Part shown: positions 29,988-45,431 of the stretch, in pieces
Numbering within the stretch: position 1 is the stretch's first letter
Layout: every line of letters begins with the position of its first letter
Source of the DNA: the human T2T-CHM13v2.0 reference genome, Homo sapiens
NCBI RefSeq assembly: GCF_009914755.1
Contig: NC_060928.1
DNA length: 64,000 nt
Direction: 5' to 3' (one strand)
Made by a program: the position numbers and the translations under genes
Notes under the pieces: generated by a model
Seen by the model: the letters and a program-made list of their open reading frames with translations, nothing else
Database searches by the model: none
What the model was told of the DNA's origin: nothing

Positions 29988-30092
29988 ACCACAGAGCTAA
30001 TGGGTAGCAAAAGAAGGTAGTTATCAATACCAGCTATGATCATGTGACTAGTTGCAGAAATGAGGACTATAATTGTCATGAGTATTTCTTCA
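29988..30092 (+). mobile_element. ERVL internal fragment
   Basis: aatgggtagcaaaagaaggtagttatcaataccagcta...ttgcagaaatgaggact...attgtcatgagtatttc resembles recalled ERVL internal 3' region. Confidence 0.55.
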
Positions 30093-31511
30093 TCAATGAT
30101 TGGTTATTTGGTCAATTATTTTTGTCACTTATTCATCTTATTTATTTTTAAAAATATTATACATATTTAACTAATAACTCAATCTACAACTGTTCTTCAA
30201 TAAGTAAGAGCTTATAACTCACACCTTATACCTCACTTTACAAATTAAACTTCTAAAACTGACTTTATTTTCTTAATCTGATTATAAAAATATAAATAAT
30301 AAAACACAAAAGTATTATAAAGTCATTTGTAGAACTCCACTCACTGCTCAAATATTTATCCAAGGCACAGCAAGTCTTTTGGGGTATAATTTACAAAATA
30401 AAGCACAGTGCTTAAGTGTGGAGGCTCTGGATAAAGTCAATTGGCACAAATTCCAACGTATGCACTATACCTGAGTGCCTGGCTCATTGTAAGTGCTCAA
30501 TAAATGCCAGCTCTTACTATTGTTGGAGGAATATAATTGCATTAGAGGGTTGACATGACAATAAACAGTTCATTGTAGTCAATGCCCTTCCTTGTCTCCT
30601 TGAGTGAGTGCTTGGAAACAGTAAACTGGCAGCCAGAAACATGGCGTGTGAATTGCTGAATCAGGGAGGAATATAACCCCTATATCTTTCTTATGGAGTC
30701 TCCAGGCAGAGAAAGAGGAAGTTCCTGAAGGTACTTGGATTGAAACAGTTCATGATCATAATGATTTGAAACAACAGGAGTACGTTGTAGCATCCAGGAA
30801 AGAGCTAGAGGAATGTGAGGTGGGGTGAGAGCATGGCAGAGCTTCATCTCAAGGCCCATGGAAAGAGAGTGTCAACATTTCATTCTTCTGCCTTGCTTAT
30901 AAGGAAGGAGAATTTCCAATTGTCAAGATCATGTCCACATTTCTTTTTATACTGTATGGCCTTCCATGTTCACTTTCAGCCTTTCTTTCCAAGTATATCA
31001 CCCATCACTTCCCTTATTAGCACCATGGTACATCCACTTCAAATCACTGCCATCAGCACACCTTCCTACCTCCATATGTAATCCTCTTCCTCCATCCTCA
31101 CTTCCTCAGCTCACCCTCCTATTCATCTCTCAAGACTTCTCTCTCAACCTTTTCACGTATAGAATGACAATTCCTCTTTTGTACTCCTCCCAAGTTCTGA
31201 TATTCCTCAACAACTATAGTGTATTTCAAAATATAAAATGTATTATTTTATGTTTGTTTCTCTGACCAAATTATTTTAAATTTTAATTTCATGTCTCTAC
31301 ACACTGGTTATTAACACTTATCTGTAAACCTCTCCTCTCACTCTCAATGTTTCTAATATTGCACAAATACTGATAGTCACTTCAAATTCCTGGCCACCGC
31401 GTCCCATCACATGCTGTCTGTTTTGTGAAATGAGGACTTCTTCCATACTTTCTTTCTTTTATGAGCCATTTACAAACTAAATCCTGTGATAAATTTTACT
31501 TGTTAACTTTT

Positions 31512-31823
31512 TTTAAGAGACAGGGTTTTTCTCTGTTGCCCAGGCTGGAGTGCAGTGATGCCATCCTAGATCACTGCAGCCTTGAACTCCTGGGTTCAAG
31601 TGATCCTCCCACCTCAGCTTCCCAAGTAGCTAGGAGTATAGGCACATACATCTCATCATACCCAGCTAATTCCTTTTTCTTTCTTTCTTTTTTTTTTTTT
31701 TGTAGGGATGGGGTCTTCTTTATGTTACCTAGGCTGATCTTGAACCCCTAGCCTCAAGTGATCCTCCTGCCTTGGCCTCCCAAAGTGCTGGTACTACAGG
31801 TGGGAGTCACATCCCACCCAGCC
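31512..31823 (-). mobile_element. AluJ
   Basis: Reverse dimeric Alu. Confidence 0.9.
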
Positions 31824-32667
31824 TACTTGTTAAAAAATTTTTATGAATTTTCATGTGCCTCCATGAAATCTTTTCTACCATACTACATTCTTCATTGCTA
31901 TAATGCATAATAACTAGCTATGTTCAAAAAACTTCTAGACTGCTGTCTCCTCTTCCCAATTCACCTCCATGCTATCCCTTTCCTGAAACATGCTAGCCCC
32001 ACAGTCTTCTTATAGCCATTTTCGCTGTGTCCATAAAAATTCACTTATATTGCTAGTAAACTTTTCCATCTCCTTTACTTCCAGGAAAGGCCAAAATTTA
32101 AACCCAAATTAAAACCATCCAATTTTATAACCACTTCTACTTTCTGATTACGTTCTGCACCAGTTTGTTCAAGTGGCGTCCTTGCCTTGACATATCTGTC
32201 ACTCCATTATTTGGTCCTCTTCTCAGTATTACTGTGTCTATCTACAGTCCATCAGGGTCTCTAGTGAACCTTTCTCATTCATAGGTTTCATCTTCATTCC
32301 ATGTTCATCCCAACCTGTTTTACTTAAATGACCTTTACCTCACTTTCCTTAGCCCTTTTCCATTAACAAGAGTCTCTACCTTAAAAAAAAAAAAAAAAAA
32401 AAGAAAAAGAAAAATGAACTCTAAATGAACTTCAGGCTTTATTTCCTATTTGTAAAGGTCTTCCCAGTTATTCACATTGAATTCTCATGCTTTATCTTGA
32501 TATTTTTAATGTCATTTATGTTGAAGAAATCATCCATAAGTGAAATATTTTTAAAGCTACCATCTAAGGACTGATTTGATTCTTACAAAGTGATAAATTT
32601 AATCATTTCCTATTTTTAGACTGGTACTACTTACCTATTATATTATTATACTTAAGGTTGACAATTT

Positions 32668-34065
32668 TCTTTTTTAAAATTGTGGTGAAATACACATACA
32701 ATACAATTTACCATTTTATCCATTTTTAGGGGCACATGAAATACATTTAAATGGTTGTGCAATCTTCACTACCATTAATCTCCAAAACATTTTTTATCTT
32801 GCAAAAATGGAACTTCATTTTCATTAAACAATAATCCCCATTTCCCCTTCTCCCAGCCCTTAGAAACCATCATTCTACTTTCTTCCTCCATGCATTTGAC
32901 TACTCCAGGTACCTCATTTAAGTGGAATCATACATAATTTGTTCCTTTGTGACTGGTTTACTTTACTTGACAAAATGTCATTAAGGATCATCCATATTGT
33001 AGCATGTGTCAGAATTTCATTTCTTTTTTAAGGATGAATTATATTATATTATAAGTATGTACCACATTTTGTTTATCTATTTATTGGATTGCTTTTCCCT
33101 CTAGAGAATATGAATAATGCTGATAAAAGGATGGGTGAATAAATACCTCTTTTATACCACCATTTTTTTTGGTGGGGTATATATCCAGAATTGGCATTAC
33201 TGGAAAATGAGATCATTCTAATTTTAATTTTTGAGAAAACACGATACTGTTTTCCATAGAGTCAATGTCATTTTACACTCCCACCCACAGTGCGCAAGGT
33301 TTTCAATTTCTCCACATCCTCATCAACACTTATTTTCTGTTTTCTTACATATTTGATTTGACATGTAATAATTGTACATATTTATGATGTACATACTGAT
33401 GTGTGGATACATACAATATATAGTGATCAGATCAGGGTTATTAGCATATCCATCATCTTAAACATTTATTATTTCTTTGTGTTGGAAACATATAACATCC
33501 TCCTTCTAGCTATTTGAAATTATTTAATGTTTTTGTTTGCTATAGTTATCTTACACTGGTATAGGACACTGGAACTTATTCCTTCCATCTAGCTGTAATT
33601 TTGTATCCTTTAAAAAATCTCTCCCTATCTTTTCATTCCCCCTCACCTTCTCAGCCTCTAGTGTCCTCTGTTCTACTTTTGAGTTCTATGAGATCAATGT
33701 TTATTTAGCTTCTACATATGAATGAGAACATGTGGTGCCTAACTTTCTGTCTCTAACTTATTTAACTTAACATAATGTCTTCTGGTTTCATTCATGTTGC
33801 CGTCAATGATAGAATTTCATCCTTTTTATGGCCAAATAGTGTTTCACTGTGTATATATAACACATTTTCTTTATTCATTCATCTGCTATTGTATGCCTAT
33901 GTTGATTCTATATATTGGCTATTGTGAATATTGCTGCAATAAACGTGGAGGTGCAAATGCCTCTTTGATATACTGCTTTAAGGAAAGCAGTATATTGAAG
34001 AAATGACCAGTAGTGTGATTGCTGGATCATATGGTAGCTGCAAGTGTAGGTTTTTAAGGAATCTC
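32668..34065 (-). mobile_element. Two L1M 3' fragments (L1MB-like ~32668-33340; L1MA-like ~33350-34065)
   Basis: Reverse-oriented L1 3' UTR motifs (aagtggaatcatac, tttctccacatcctc, tgagaacatgtgg). Confidence 0.8.
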
Positions 34066-35214
34066 TTTATCCTTAAATTTTTCAATCCGAAAATGTCCTT
34101 TCTGTTCAATTATTTACTTTTTTGGCAGGTTAGTACATCCATATGGCTGCCAAAATCTTTTACTAGCTACTAAAATTTAAGTAATCAATGAAACATTCTT
34201 ATTATTGATATTGTTGTAATAGCTAAAAAGGAAAAATGGATCCAAAGATGTTGATTGGATTATGTTGAATTAAGAAAACTGCATATCTGAAAGTCAACAG
34301 ACTTCTGAGGAAATATTGTACAGTTTGTCTTTAGCAATCCAATGACACTTTGTTCTACTAGTTTTTCTCACTCTCATTCCTTCTCTTGATGGCTTAAATA
34401 AATTCATCTTAGTGCATTTAGAAATTCCCCCACTAGTTACGATTTACTTTCTCCAACAACTATCCAAGGATATAATATCTTGCATACAATAAGTGCTCTC
34501 ACTGAGTCAGTGAATAACATGGTATATTTGAAAGAGCATAGGCTGTGATGTTGAAAGGCTTAAATTGCTATTTACTTGTTAACTGCTATATGCCTCCTGT
34601 GGAAATTAATTTACTTAAGTTATAAAAGCTTTGATTTTCTTATCTGTCAAAGAAAAATAAACACCTGCTTTTCCTATAGTATACAGTTCTTGTGAGTAGC
34701 AAGTCGAATAACAATTGTAAAAAGACTTTGATCATTTTAAAGAACCATATTAATTAATTATGGAATAACACATTACATTCTGCTGATGGATGGCTTAGTA
34801 ACCAATCTGGTAAACCATGTTTCTGTTAACCAATAGCGTCTATTAAATGCATTATATCCCCATAATAACATTATTATACAAAAATGTTCAATGCTTAGAC
34901 TCAGGAAAATATATCAATTACAAAAACTATGTTCCAGCAAGTCAGAGAAAGAGATATTTCTGATTGGTAAAAAAAAAAAAAAAATTATTCATCAAATTAT
35001 ACATGTTTTCAGAAAGTACTTACTATAGTAAAGTGGGTAGGTTGTGGTTATCACAGTTGAATTTTCATCCAGTTTTTGGGGATGTCTTGAGTAGGCCTCA
35101 TGAGTGGCAAGAGGAATGAATTTTTGATTGGTAGTAACAGAACGGTGGTGGTATAGGTATTATGTAGGAGGATATTATGAGGACTTCCTACCTACAAAGA
35201 CAGCATAGTGTTGA

Positions 35215-35581
<367 letters not shown>

Positions 35582-35739
35582 TCAGCATTTTTAAACAACT
35601 TTGTTTTTATTACACATGTTGCATGTTTCTGCTATTTTCTTGTGCTTTTTTCCAATAGTGTTTTATATAAAAATCCTCACTATCATGTGAGTTTAAAAGA
35701 GAAGACTAAATATTACATTTTCAAATCTACCAGTTCCTT

Positions 35740-35897
35740 CATACTCAGGGTGTTACATAGACCAACAACAATTCTCATCTGAGAACTTGTATAAAATATA
35801 GAATTTCAGGATGTACCTTAGACCCAATGAATCTGACTCTGGATTTTAACAAAATACTCGAGTGATTTATAAACATGTTAAAGTTTGAAAAAGACTG
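35740..35897. mobile_element. MER5-like hAT MITE
   Basis: tgaatctgactctggattttaacaa...gagtgattt...aaagtttgaaaagactg. Confidence 0.55.
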
Positions 35898-36528
35898 TTT
35901 CAGTCTTTATCCTGTAAAAATAATCAAATAGTACAGGATTTCATTAAACAAAAGTTTAAAGTTCTCTTTTCCACATCCCTCTTACATGCCATGGCAAACC
36001 TTTTTTATTCATGGTCTCTATTAGAAACTTTCCTTTTTTCCTTCCAAACATTTTCTATGTATATACCAATATAAAAGTTTAATTCATGAATTCTCCAAAG
36101 TTTCCAAATTCATGAAGTATGAAGATAAACTGGGCATAAAGTAATGCGTTTTTTTTTCTTTAAAAAAATCATGTCTAATAATGTGTAATCTTAAATATAC
36201 ATTCATCTTATTACAAGCACTTTTCTAAATGTGCAATCTAACTTTTCCTCCTTATTACATAGAAAGTGAATGTTATTGAACATTTGGGAATACTGAGGCA
36301 CAACAATTTACCCAAGATAGTAGAGCTGGTTGGTGGGAACCAGGATTTAAACTCACAATTTAACACTGGAGCACTGCCTTACAACCACTACATTATATCA
36401 CTTTACTAAGATTGCGTGCTTTATTTTAGAACTCCAAGGACCTACTGACAGAGCATCACAGATTTTTAAAAGGCATTATTCTAATTTCAAGCATGAAATT
36501 AAGCATAAGCGCTACGTATCAGTGCTAC

Positions 36529-37950
36529 TGAGAGGTGACGACGACAGCACGCTGGCAGTCCTCACAGCCCTCGCTCGCTCTCTGCGCCTCCTCTGCCTGG
36601 GCTCCCACTTTGACGGCACTTGAGGAGCCCTTCAGCCCACCGCTGCACTGTGGGAGCCCCTTTCTGTGCTGGCCAAGGCCGGAGCCGGCTTCCTCAGCTT
36701 GCAGGGAGGTGTGGAGGGAGAGGCGTGAAAGGGAACCGGGGCTGCGCTGGGCGCTTGCAGGCCAGCTGCGGTTCCGGGTGGGCGTGGGCTTGGTGGGCCC
36801 AGCACTCGGAGCAGCCAGCCTGCCCTGCCGGCCTGGGCAATGAGGGGCTTAGCACCCGGACCAGCGGCTGCGGAGGGTGTAATGGGTCCCCCAGCAGTGC
36901 CAGCCCAACGGCACTGCGCTAGATTTCTCTCCGGGCCTTAGCTGCCTTCCGGCCGGGCAGGACTCCAGACTTGCAGCCCGCCATGCCTGAGCCTCCCACC
37001 TGCTCCGTGGGCTCCTGTGCCGCCCCAGCCTCCCAGATGAGCGCTGCCCCCTGCTCCACGGCGCCCAGTCCCATCGACCACCCAACGGCTGAGAAGTGCG
37101 GGCACACTGTGCGGGACGGGCAGGCAGCTCCACCTGCAGCCCCAGTGTGGGATCCACTGGGTGAAGCCAGCTGGGCTCTTGAGTCTGGTGGGGACGTGGA
37201 GAACCTTTATGTCTAGCTCAGGGATTGTAAATACACCAATCAGCAGTCTGTATCTAGCTCAAGGTTTGTAAACACACCAATCAGCACCCCGTGTCTAGCT
37301 CAGGGTTTGTGAATGCATCAATCTACACTCTGTGTCTAGCTACTCTGGTGGGGCCTTGGAGGACCTTTGTGTCCACACTCTGTATCTAGTTAATCTGGTG
37401 AGGAGGTGGAGAACCTTTGTGTCTAGCTCAGGGATTGTAAACGCACCAATCAGTGCCCTGTCAAAACAGACCACTCGGCTCTACCAATCAGCAGGATGTG
37501 GGTGGGGCCAGATAAGAGAATAAAAGCAGGCTGCCTGAGCCCATGTGGCAACCCGCTGGGGTCCCCTTCAACACTGTGGAAGCTTTGTTCTTTCCTTCTT
37601 TGCAATAAATCTTGCTGCTGCTCACTGTTTGGGTCCACACTGCTTTTATGAGCTGTAACACTCACCGTGAAGGTCTGCAGCTTCACTCCTGAAGCCAGCA
37701 AGCCCACGAGCCCACCTGGAAGAACTAACAACTCCAGAAGCGCCGCTTTAAGAGGTGTTACCACTCACTGCGAAGGTCTGCAGCTTCACTCCTGAGCCAG
37801 CGAGACCACGAACCCACCAGAAGGAAGAAACTCCGAACACATCTGAACATCAGAAGGAACAAACTCCAGACGCGCCACCTTAAGAGCTGTAACACTCACC
37901 GCGAGGGTCCGCAGCTTCATGAGACCAAGAACCCACCAATTCCGGACACA
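36529..37950 (+). mobile_element. LTR12 (LTR12C-like, ERV9) solo LTR
   Basis: tgagaggtgac...ccaattccggacaca; 4-bp TSD CTAC; CpG-rich 5' half; tandem TCTAGCTCA/CCAATC repeats; GATAAG and AATAAAA core at 37511-37525; AATAAA at 37604. Confidence 0.96.
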
Positions 37951-38391
37951 CTACTATATATTCATACTAAATGAAAACTTCCTGAAAATAACTCTATTTT
38001 AGTTTCTATTCAGACAACACCTAAGCACATTACTAAGCATCCCTTATGAATTCTCTTTTAGGTTCCAAATTATATGTGAGTTTCTACAGAAAAACAAAAA
38101 TATCTTTTACATTTCTCAGTAAGCTTCTTTCTTGAAGGTTAGCCGTTTGCTGCATAATAAAAGAACATTTTCCTAGAAGACTTATCAATCTTTTGTCAAA
38201 TGTCCTGGGACGACATATGACAAATTACCTTTGAAATTTCATGCTCTGAATTATTGACTTCAACAAAATGAGTTTCCCAGAGCAGGTTTAAATATGAAGC
38301 AGAATGTGTAGCAGTAATATACATAATTTTGCATAGTAAAATTTACCACTTGACAAACTATTTTTTCTCAAAATCTATCTATTGGTAATGA

Positions 38392-38716
<325 letters not shown>

Positions 38717-39362
38717 TGTATGTATTTTCTAATGAGTATGAATCCTAAGAAGAAATAAGCTTTCTGTAGTTGCCACTTACCTGATCTATTTCCACTTTCA
38801 CTTGTTTAGGGAATCTGTTAGATGTTCAAAAGTAGTAGTGTCGTTTGACTACAGTGTCCATGCCCTAGTATGCCTGGAATAGTCCTGGTTTACGGTGTTG
38901 TCCTACAGTAATTAAGAGCTGACCCTCTCATTACTAGAAGTGTTGAATGTTGGATGATCAATTACATATTGAAGCTACATGTGACCCTATTATACATAAA
39001 ATTAAATACTGACTTTCGGAAAATAATTTCATTTTGTATTTACTTATGGGACAAATTCCCATCTGACCACAAATGGTCTAAATATATGCTTCAAATGCTT
39101 TTTAAAGGTTAGAACTGACCAAATTTAAAATAAGCAAGATAATGCATTAAACCTCAGTAAAAATCTTGCAGAGTGGGCATTGATTGCACAAATCTACAAT
39201 AATCATATAAAATCATGTTTTCTCAAATTATAGTGGATAGTTATATTGTACAATAATAATGATATATTTTTTAAAAAGAAAAACCGACTTAACCTTCTTT
39301 AATTATTAATAACTAATTGAGGCAAAGGAGGAGATTGATCCTTATCCCTAGGGGATTATAGG

Positions 39363-39511
39363 TTATTTATTTATTTATTTATTTATTTTAAAATAGAGAT
39401 GGGTTCTTGCTATGATACCTAGGCTGGTCTCAAACTCCTGACCTAAAGCAATCCTTCCAACTTGGCCTCCCAAAGTGCTGAGATGACAGGCATGACGCAC
39501 CATGCCTGGCC
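39363..39511 (-). mobile_element. FLAM-like Alu monomer
   Basis: Single left arm with (TTTA)n tail. Confidence 0.8.
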
Positions 39512-39973
39512 ACATTACAGATTTTAAAAACCCTGGATTTTGAGTTCATGAAAATTTCCAGAGCTGTTATGTAAATTCACTAAGAGGTGGTTTGCCTTAT
39601 GATGTAAATTAGACATTTGTCATTGTTTAATTGATCCCCTGTGATGTCAAGGCTTCTTATTATCAAATTCATCTAAGGGGCCTTGTCTGGTATGGCCCAC
39701 AGTCTTAGTTGTCCTCAGGTACTCCATACTCCGGAGGCCCTGTTCAAATCTCTGTTTTTGGACTATTTGTAAAAATTAAAATTCTTTACTTTTTGTGTGT
39801 TAATTATCCATCACACTTTGAGGCTGGAAATTTTGTATTGCTCAAATTTTATGTCTGCAATACCTTGTCCAGCACTTTCATCTTTCTGAATAAATAAGTA
39901 AATAAATGAATAAACAAATGAGGATACAGATTCTTTTCATAAATTACAGAAGATTTTTATATAGCTTGATTTT

Positions 39974-42735
<2,762 letters not shown>

Positions 42736-43689
42736 TTAAATGAATCACAGTGAATAGGAAACACTAGTAAGTTGTTGAAATTGATGTGATGTAGTCAGTA
42801 AGGAAGACACTAACTAAAGAGAACTTTAATATGGAAAAGTACATCTCTTCTGATCCCCAATCTGAAATTAACCAGTCTGAAATGTGTGTTAACCCAGAAT
42901 AATGCCCTTTTCATATGACTGTGAAAAGGCTGTAAATATCATTACTATTTTTTTATTTCCTAAAATATATAGTATGATTCTTTTCCTGTAAAAAAGCAAA
43001 GTCGCAGTCAACAACAATTTTTAAAAACCCTCTCTATTACAGATATTTTCCTCAGGATATAGTATTTTTCTACATTGTATAATGATAGTTAACATAAAGG
43101 AACAGAGTCTGGGATAGGAGAGAGGCATTTTCATTTCTTTCCTTTATTTACTTTTAAAAAACAGGAAATCAGAGGTATGGCATAATTTTCCAAAATCTTT
43201 TAAAATTAAAATTAATGAATAAATATTACTTCTAATTAGTCAATGTTATAATTTGTTAAATAAATACTATCACAACCAATATGCCTAAAAGAAAGCAAAC
43301 AAAAAATTGTCTGCTGTAGCTTAAATATCACCAAAACACATAGGACAGTTGGATATCCTTCTTTGAAAAAAAGATCAGAGCATATACAGTATAAGTTAAT
43401 CCATAAAGCAGATAGTCACAATAAATAATAGAGGACAAGCTGCATTTTAAAAGGTAAATAAATGATGAATTCTTTTAATGGCCTGGTACACTGATAGAAA
43501 TTGGAACGTTTCTAAGACCCTATTTTGTCCCCAGGATTTCCATTATAGGAATTGAATTTTTCAAAAGATATACAGAGAATTTTATTAATATGTTCCTGTC
43601 AAATTATCCCTTCAACATAAAATCATGTTTTTATAATAGCCATAAATTTGGAAATTTTTGTATTTTAATTTGCAATAATGCCACTTTAT

Positions 43690-43892
43690 TTCTTGTGTAA
43701 TCTGTTATCATAGCATGAATCACTCCCTGTTGAAAATTCTCAGAATTTCCTGGGAAAGGAATTGGACAGAAAATTAGTTTCCTATTTGGGAGAATTCTTA
43801 GAATTTAAATAAACCTATTGGTTGAACTGAAACCACAAAATTAGCATTTTCTAATTACCACATTTAAATAGCGTAAAGCAAAGAGATCGGCC
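43690..43892 (+). promoter_or_regulatory. CSN1S1: CSN1S1 proximal promoter (calcium-sensitive casein type)
   Basis: GAS/STAT5 motifs TTCTCAGAA (43737-43745) and TTCTTAGAA (43795-43803); TTC-N4-GAA at 43747-43756; Runx site AACCACA (43831-43837) next to octamer-like ATTAGCAT (43840-43847); TATA-like TTTAAATA (43863-43870); C/EBP-like TTGTGTAA (43693-43700). Arrangement typical of casein promoters. Confidence 0.88.
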
Positions 43893-43942
43893 ATCATCTT
43901 GGTCATCAACACAACTTGCTTCTCTCCAGACTTGGGCTTAAG
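43893..43942 (+). other. CSN1S1: CSN1S1 exon 1 (non-coding; start approximate)
   Basis: ATCATCTTGGTCATCAAC...CTTGGGCTTAAG|gtactg, ~30 nt after the start of the TTTAAATA box; resembles mammalian alpha-S1-casein exon 1; contains no ATG. Confidence 0.85.
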
Positions 43943-45380
43943 GTACTGCGTTTACATACAGCAAAATTGCTATCATTTTACATTATCTAATCTCTTTCTT
44001 CCACTGTTTACTAAGTATATTTGTACCATTTCCATATGTTTGCAAATATTAAAACTTCTTATGATTTTCTGGCACCTTAAAAATCCTTTTGCAAATTCTG
44101 ATACCATTTTACAGCTTTAGGTGATGAATCAATACAGTTTTATAAAAATACCAAATCATTTTTTGATAATTTTGTAACTAAAATATATTTTTAAAGTTGA
44201 TACATAATTTCAGTAGAGGCTTGGGGTAAGCTAATTTAAATTATTTTTACCTAATTCTATGAGAAGTTGTTATGCAAATAATTTCTTATTTTTGTAATTA
44301 CCATAGCAAAAACCATTTCTAGCAGAATAGTTCAAGGCCATTTTTGTTTCATGTCATTTGGGCAACAAAATTAACTCTACAATGTGAATATCTATTATAG
44401 ATAATTAGCTATTGATGGCTACTTTGTAATGATTATTAAATTTAGATATTCAGAAAGACACAAATAGTAAATTTATTTGGGTTCAAAAATATGCCTTTTT
44501 TATTAACACATTTAGATTCTAAAATTTGTAGACTGAAGCAATATATATAAATGTCAGCATTTGTATGTTGATTAAGGTGTGAACAAATAGTATGTGTGAC
44601 CTGATTTTTTTTCTAATGATTTCTCTGGAAACCATTTTCCCAGTACATGTGGATGTCCATATTTCGGGGTTCTTGCAATTTAATGAAACTCTGGAAATCA
44701 AATATAAGACATGTCAATATTTTGATTCTATCCAATTCAATCATCTTTATATATTTATGTCATGAATATTCCAATGTAGCAAAACACGAAGTTATGGCTA
44801 GATTCTTTATTTAAAAATTGAAAGAGATCAATAGCTTTTACATAACGTGCAGACAGGATTTTTCATGAAGACTCTAAAAGAAAAGAATGCTCTCAAATAG
44901 ATTTAAAAGAGAAGCTCATTTTCAAAACTTTTCAATAAAATTAAATTCCAGTTCTCAGTGGATTTAACTTTATTGCCCACTTTAGAAAATCTGATTTGTC
45001 ATCTAGGAGGAAAAGTGTTTTCTTTTTTCAATTGTATTTCAATATTAGCACTTCTTTATTTCTCTAAGCCATATTATTACATTAAGAACAAAATGTTATG
45101 TTTTAAAGTGTTAGTGAAGAAAAATGTTTGTAAGAAATTAGTATTTCTAAATAATATAAGAACTAAGAAAAATAACTAGAATGGTAAACATTGATATTGA
45201 GTAGTAAAGTTTTTAAAATCTTAAGTTTATAAAAATTCACATTACAGCTCCTCAAATCAGCCTACTTTTATCATAATTTGCTCCTTTGTTGAAAAATCAA
45301 GAATTTTTTTCAGGAAACAAATTTAACGTAATAATATCTAACTCTTTCTTTTTTGTTCTCTTACATAGGCTCTGATAACC

Positions 45381-45431
45381 ATGAGGCTTCTCATTCTCAC
45401 CTGTCTTGTGGCTGTTGCTCTTGCCAGGCCT
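45381..45431 (+). CDS. CSN1S1: CSN1S1 exon 2 coding part (exon 45369-45431, 63 nt): signal peptide [15 protein letters not shown] + RP
   Basis: acatag|GCTCTGATAACC ATG AGG CTT...AGG CCT|gtaagt; Kozak-like ACCATG. Confidence 0.97.

Noticed and set aside
36535-37216. GC/CpG-rich island with several ~100-aa ORFs
   Set aside because: Lies entirely within the LTR12; ORFs reflect GC richness.
37200-37920. Regularly spaced ~40-70-bp repeats resembling a CRISPR-like array
   Set aside because: Normal internal U3/U5 tandem repeats of LTR12; no unique spacers and no cas genes.
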